From contig JAAOMT010000226.1 of assembly GCA_016748015.1 (NCBI GenBank), forward strand, positions 974,604 to 1,038,603: a stretch of 64,000 bases of DNA, read 5' to 3'. Numbering within the stretch: the first letter of the stretch is position 1; every line of letters begins with the position of its first letter. Both the position numbers and the translations under genes were made by a program. Source of the stretch: Geosiphon pyriformis uo1. Lineage: Eukaryota > Fungi > Glomeromycota. Under the pieces are notes generated by a model. The model ran no database searches, had not been told where the DNA came from, and saw only the letters and a list, made by a program, of their open reading frames with translations. Of this stretch, positions 58,533-64,000 are shown in pieces.

Positions 58533-59644
58533 TGCTCAATTTCAAACGGTAGAGATTTTGAGAAATATGTATAAATTTTTCCAAGGTTTTCTATCTGATT
58601 AAAACTTTTTAAAATGTAAATCAAAATAAATCTTTGACAGGTTTTGAACAAGAAGAGATACTGTAAGAGAAAAAATCATTTTAATAAATCATAATGATCA
58701 ACTGGTAATAAAAAAGCAATTTCTCGAAAAGTATTACTCATTACCAAAATTAATTGCAGGTTAAAAGGGTAACAGATAATTCCATTAAATGCATAGATGT
58801 TTTAATATTTAATTCGCCAAAGATTAAATAGGGTAATGTTCCACATATAGATGAAAATTTCACATTTGTAGGGTTTTTACGAGTACAATATTTATCAATA
58901 AAACGAAAATATTTTGTTTTTATATAAACCAGTGGAGAAACGAAAACTTTTGATTTGGGCAAAAATCATGATAAGAAATGTTTTGAATATCATACCTTGA
59001 AAATGGAAGGGATGATGGAAATGTGCAGAAAGACCATAATTTGTCCTACGTAACGCACGTTTCTTTGCGAATGAAAATCACGGGAAATTTTTAACGTTGA
59101 ATGCTGCGTCTCGATTATTTGATGCAATATATGTTTTTTATCCATTCCGCTTGCTGCTTGACTAATACACAAGCTTTACATAAAAGGTTCTCTAAATATC
59201 TTTGAGGATTTTGTTTACTTGCTTTGTGGTTGGGTAAATTAATGTTGGGGTAAAATTGCGAGAAATTGGAAGAGCTTTTCATAAGCACTAAACGATTTGT
59301 GGTCAATTCTCAAGAGAATTAATTTATCATTTTAATTAAACATGTTTCAATAGAAAATAGTGATACGAAATTGGTTTCGAAATTTTTTTGCAGGCCTTAT
59401 AAAATTCATTTTTGGATTAGCAATTTCAAATTTGAAATGAATATTTCTTTTAATTTCTGCTTTTTAAAGAAGTGAATGTTTATATAATATTGCAATATAT
59501 GTATTGTTATTATTTTTTTTTTTAACAAATAAATTAAAAAATATATAAAATTTTGTTTATGTAATAATAAAATTTTTATTTTAATAATTTTATGATTTAA
59601 TTAATAATTTAAAAATATACAAAATATTTTGTTTAAGTTTTTTA

Positions 59645-59677
<33 letters not shown>

Positions 59678-60689
59678 TTAATTAATATATTAAATTAAAA
59701 ATAAATTTTCTTAAATTATAATAATCACATAAATTTTAATTTTATTTAAATAATTGTTTTTAAAATAAAAAATCAACAATTATTTCTTTTATTTAATTAT
59801 CATGTGGTATATTTTATTTTTATTATTTTTATTTTTTTTCGATAAATATGATTTGGCATGAATTTGGAAATAAAAATTTATTACAATTGAAAAACCATTT
59901 TGATTATAAATTGTTCTGTATCGTCTTTAAATAAATTATAATTTACATGTGCAATAGTAAAATCAATTAAAAAAAAAATTTGTTTTAAATATTTTTTAAT
60001 AAATAGTAAAACTTTTCAATTTGTACTAATTGATATTTTTAACATGTATAAAAATTTCTTTCTTTTTATTGTATTTTTAATAATAAATTATATTGAATTT
60101 TAATAAGATTTTTATTTTTTATTATTATGCTTAAGGTTTAGTCCAACCACTGACTATTTATTATTTATTATTTATAATCATTAATTTTTATAAAGGTGTT
60201 TTTTTGTTTAAATACTGTAAATAAAATAAAATAAAATAAAATAAAATAGTAATGATTAATAAAAATTAAAAATTTACTATATTTATTTAAATTAATAACT
60301 GTTTATATATTATTTTATGCATTATTATCAAAACATAAAATTCATTAGTAAATGAGAATATATTTTATAATTAATTATTGTCTCAGTTATAAAAAGAAAT
60401 TGAACTACTCATTTAGAATTAAAAGGCAATGAGAAACTTTTTTGGGGTCTTTTTGTATTATAACCACTTAACTTTGTCCATATTTAAACCTGTTTTAACC
60501 AATTCTAGCATTATTTATAGTATTAACGTTTTTAAGGTTAAAGGGGTAAATGTTACCGTTAATTAATTTTTTTAAAATATGTAAACATTGAGAACGAATA
60601 TAAATACGAACTCCCATTTAAAAAATCACGTTCTAAGCGTACTATCAAATAAACCTTTTCAAAGAAAACCGACATTCTATTAATTACAT

Positions 60690-61170
60690 ATTTACATTTT
60701 ATCCGCACTTATCCTTTATCCACACCATGGAAAACGTTGAAATCAAAAGAACTGGTCTAGAAGCACATGATGATCGCAACGAGTGTCTAACATGTCAATA
60801 GAGTATTCAAAATAATAATAATAATAGCATGCTGGTTCATATTTTTTGAAAAACTTTACTAACTTAAGGATTGGAATACCGAGTATAAGGAATCAGAAAG
60901 GTACATAAAAGAAAGTGTGGAAGACGACTACTCGACAGCAAATTATTCACAACAACAACAACAACAACGACAATGACAACAAAGATAAAAATTCATCCAG
61001 GAGCAGTTTATATAAGTCGTGCTTTAAGTTTGCAAATGATTGATTTTCCACAGGTTTGTTTATTTATTTTATAAGTGATAAGCTTAATCCTTTAATTTAA
61101 TTATTATTTTACTTTTTAAAAGAATTAGTCAATTTGCCTGAAGGTAAGAAATTATCATAAAATATAATCA
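60690..61170 (+). pseudogene. Internally deleted paralogue of the kinase at 4845-6477 (5' and 3' ends only)
   Basis: ATG at 60727 reads MENVEI...C..CQ*SIQN, then ..CWFIFFEK; the 3' part reads IHPGAVYISR. The following DNA matches the reverse complement of ~4682-4920. Confidence 0.85.
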
Positions 61171-61649
61171 TATATTTATTTTTTAGTTTTAATAAATTTA
61201 TTAAAAATAAATAATAATTTTTAAAAATATGTTACATGATTCTTATTGACAGAAAAAAAAATATCTATTCTAATGTAATTTTTATTTTTTTTTAAACTCC
61301 ATGTTCCAAGAGCTTCTTCCCATAATTCAATCTCCTTTTTGAAGATCATTAAAAATATATCTTAATTTTTATATGGTGAAAACTTTCATAAATTTATTTA
61401 TAAAACATGTTTTTTTTGTAATCAGAATTTCTAAACTGCTTTAGGACAATTATAATATTAGCATTACCTATTAAATTGTAAATTTATTAAGAAACCCATA
61501 TCCATAAACTCACACTGAATAAATATAATAAAAAAGACTCCTTTGAGTTAAAAATTGTGGATCAGTCTATTGAAGAGTTAATATGCATGCGATTTGATTC
61601 GATTTGATTTTTTATGGTTAGAAAACGCGTGTTGGTGATGATAATAGTT

Positions 61650-62260
61650 TTTCAACATTCAGATTTCAGTACCAAAAAAAACAGAGAATTAAGTCCCATT
61701 TAAAAGCGATCCAGTTGATAGAAAAAGTTTACATTGTGTAACTGACAATGACCGTAAAAACGTTCAAAAAATCGTGGAATACAATAATCATCAAAGCTTA
61801 TTCGAATATCCAAAAAAATTTAATCATATCAAAAATAAAAAGATCTCTTTCTTTACTATTTGCCGTGAAATTCATCAAATGAAAGATTCATTCGAACATT
61901 GGTCCGATTAAACCACTTTGGAATGAGACACAGCTGAAAAACGGATTAAATGGGTTTATAGCACAATGAAAAAAAGTTATATGGAACGATGAATCATGAT
62001 TTACACTTTTTCAAACCCGAATAACTCTGGAGACATTGAAAATTTGGCACCATCTGTCAAACACGATGGTGAAAAATCATGATTTTCTGGAAAAGGATTA
62101 GGACTGTTGGTTAGAATCAATGAAAAAATTGAGCACTATAGTTATATTGACATTTAAAATAAATTACTGCTCTTTATTCAATCCAGATTTAGTGGAAGAA
62201 GGTATTCTCTTCAAGATAATATTGCTCATGTCTGTACTGCCAAATTGAATCAAACAACAA
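61650..62260 (+). mobile_element. Tc1/mariner transposase remnant
   Basis: VIWNDES*FTLF (WSDES), APSVKHDG, KGLGLLVRI, YIDI, QDNIAHVCTAK. Frameshifted. Confidence 0.7.
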
Positions 62261-62547
62261 AAAATTACAGAAAAACTTTTGTTTATAGTTTTATGAAATT
62301 GAAATAATTTGTTCATGAAAATAGTTTTTTCAAGATAAACTAGTAAATATATATCAATAAATACATTTAATTAATTAAATTTTTTAGTGTTAAAATATGC
62401 AAAGAAAAAATTGACTGATTCCAATTTTTTGATTTTGATTTGTGTATAACAATTACATATATTTTATTGTCTAATTTTTTATTCTAATTTCAAAGAATTA
62501 ATTGGTTAATTAAAATTTCCCTAAAATATCCAATTTGGAATCAAAAA

Positions 62548-63290
62548 TTAAAACAAATGGTGAGATCGCCAAAAACACACATCCCTAACTCTTTTTGACA
62601 TTGAATCATTTAACCTTTCACCAAAATTGATTTCGATGCTATTCCAGCTAATTTGTAACTTTTCCCACAGCTCATTTGTATTGGAAAGGGGGCCAGGAAG
62701 CATATTTACTTCATTCCATAAATGTTTAATTGGGTTTAATGAGATGGTCAATCAAGCAATGCAATCTCATTTTTGCGAAACTAACTTTTTGCTTTTCTAA
62801 AAATATGTTTCGGATCATTAAATTGTTGAAAAAGAATTCCAAAAGCGAACCTAATAGAATTTTATTCAAAATATCAATGTAATCCGACCCCATGCAACCC
62901 CCCAAACCAACCCACAGGTGGTTAATATGACGATCTTTTAATGACTTTCGCCCAGCTGACCCAAATAACTGGTACTACTTTATGTCTAGGTAGTTTTTGT
63001 GCTTAATTATGGCACATCCATGTCGCCAGAGTATACGCCATATGCTTTCCACTGAAAAATGGACTACTAGGTTAGCTTGGAGTTGGTATTGGACTTTGGA
63101 GCACAGAGGATTTTTCTCGCTCACCTGTGTTCAAGTGTTTTCGCGACCTGGTATTGGTCCCAAAGAGGCACGGGGGGTTTTTCTGGGTCAACTATCTGCT
63201 TTGACACAGCAGTTTTCTTGACTGTGTTTCCTTCTTCTTGCAGTGTATATATTTGGAAACGTCTTTCTTTTTAAAAATGTTGCATGAGAT
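62548..63290 (-). mobile_element. Tc1/mariner transposase remnant (internally deleted)
   Basis: N-terminal HTH-like RFQIYTLQEEGNTVKK and SVESIWRILWRHG; VWG; YIDIL; FQQFNDPKH; LNPIKHLW...ELWEKLQISWNSI...SMSKRVRDV. Confidence 0.75.
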
Positions 63291-63849
63291 CTTTTCATTT
63301 CCTAACTGATCCAATCATAATTAACTGAATTTTAAATTTTTTTTATTTAAACAATAGAGAAAGATAAAAATTCCATCAAATAATATTACTCTTGACCGCG
63401 TACAATTCTTCAATAACGAGATATTCGAATTTCGCCATTTTTTTTGTGTGTTCAGTTTCTTCTGTGAGTAACTGTATGTGCTACTGTTTCAATCTAACTT
63501 TTTAAAGATTAAATTTATATTTTTACTTGTTTGATGCGATTCAATGTAAATTCTAAATGTTATTTATTTCTGTAAACAACATGGTTTTATAATATTAGCA
63601 GATATGACTTAAATATTAGGCATTTGATACAATTTATCCTATTTTTATTAGAATAATCCAAAATATATTGTAAAAATTACAAAAGCGTGATATTCATTTA
63701 AAAAAATAATATTTTCCAGGAAATAATGATACTGAGTATCAACAACAACTCGAACATTGTTTAATTCATGAATTTTGCGTTTATGAAAAGATAAGCACTA
63801 ATTGCAACAATCGTAATTAGAAAACCCGTCTTCGATTTATTTCCGAAAT

Positions 63850-63960
63850 GAATGTTCCCTCCACTTTTCTTTACAAAAGAAGGTGTAGACACGAGAAGCC
63901 AGCCCAGAACTTTCATTTTTTTTTGGGTGTACGGTGGATACCGTGCCTTTAGTAATCTTT
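63850..63960 (-). mobile_element. Possible further Tc1 fragment
   Basis: STVHPKKMKVLGW resembles TVKHPxKxMVWG. Confidence 0.3.
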
Positions 63961-64000
63961 CAGCATAGAATGGTGTTTCAAGTGTACTACGTTCGTGTGA

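Noticed and set aside
58750-59310. Short minus-strand ORFs, possible HMG-box relic
   Set aside because: No convincing HMG motif and the frames are discontinuous.

Overview
AT-rich eukaryotic DNA with short GT-AG introns. The gene families (TKL-type kinase, BTB-TLDc, class-3 lipase, fungal AAA+) and the eroded retroelements suggest a Glomeromycotina-type fungus, possibly Geosiphon-like; this assignment is inference. Apparently intact genes: an orphan tail-anchored protein, a two-TM channel-like protein, a GPI-anchored Reeler protein with a GC-AG intron, a class-3 lipase homologue lacking the catalytic Ser, a 134-aa hypothetical protein, an alpha/beta hydrolase, a glycine-rich RRM protein (GRP), a secreted Kre9/Knh1-like protein with two chitin-binding modules, and a pyridoxamine-phosphate-oxidase-like protein. 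Several genes are pseudogenised (kinase, P450, BTB-TLDc, AAA+, one unknown). The most striking structure is a ~2.7-kb tandem duplication of the GRP locus, split by a ~13-kb island of LINE and Ty3/Gypsy remnants. These remnants show heavy C>T/G>A erosion, also outside CpG (RIP-like), and clustered C>T changes appear in the second GRP copy. GRP intron 1 has cryptic splice sites that would create premature stops, and its 5' leader is unusually conserved and probably structured. Tc1/mariner remnants and an internally deleted kinase paralogue lie at the right end. No rRNA, tRNA or CRISPR was seen. All gene models were spliced by eye and TE boundaries are approximate.
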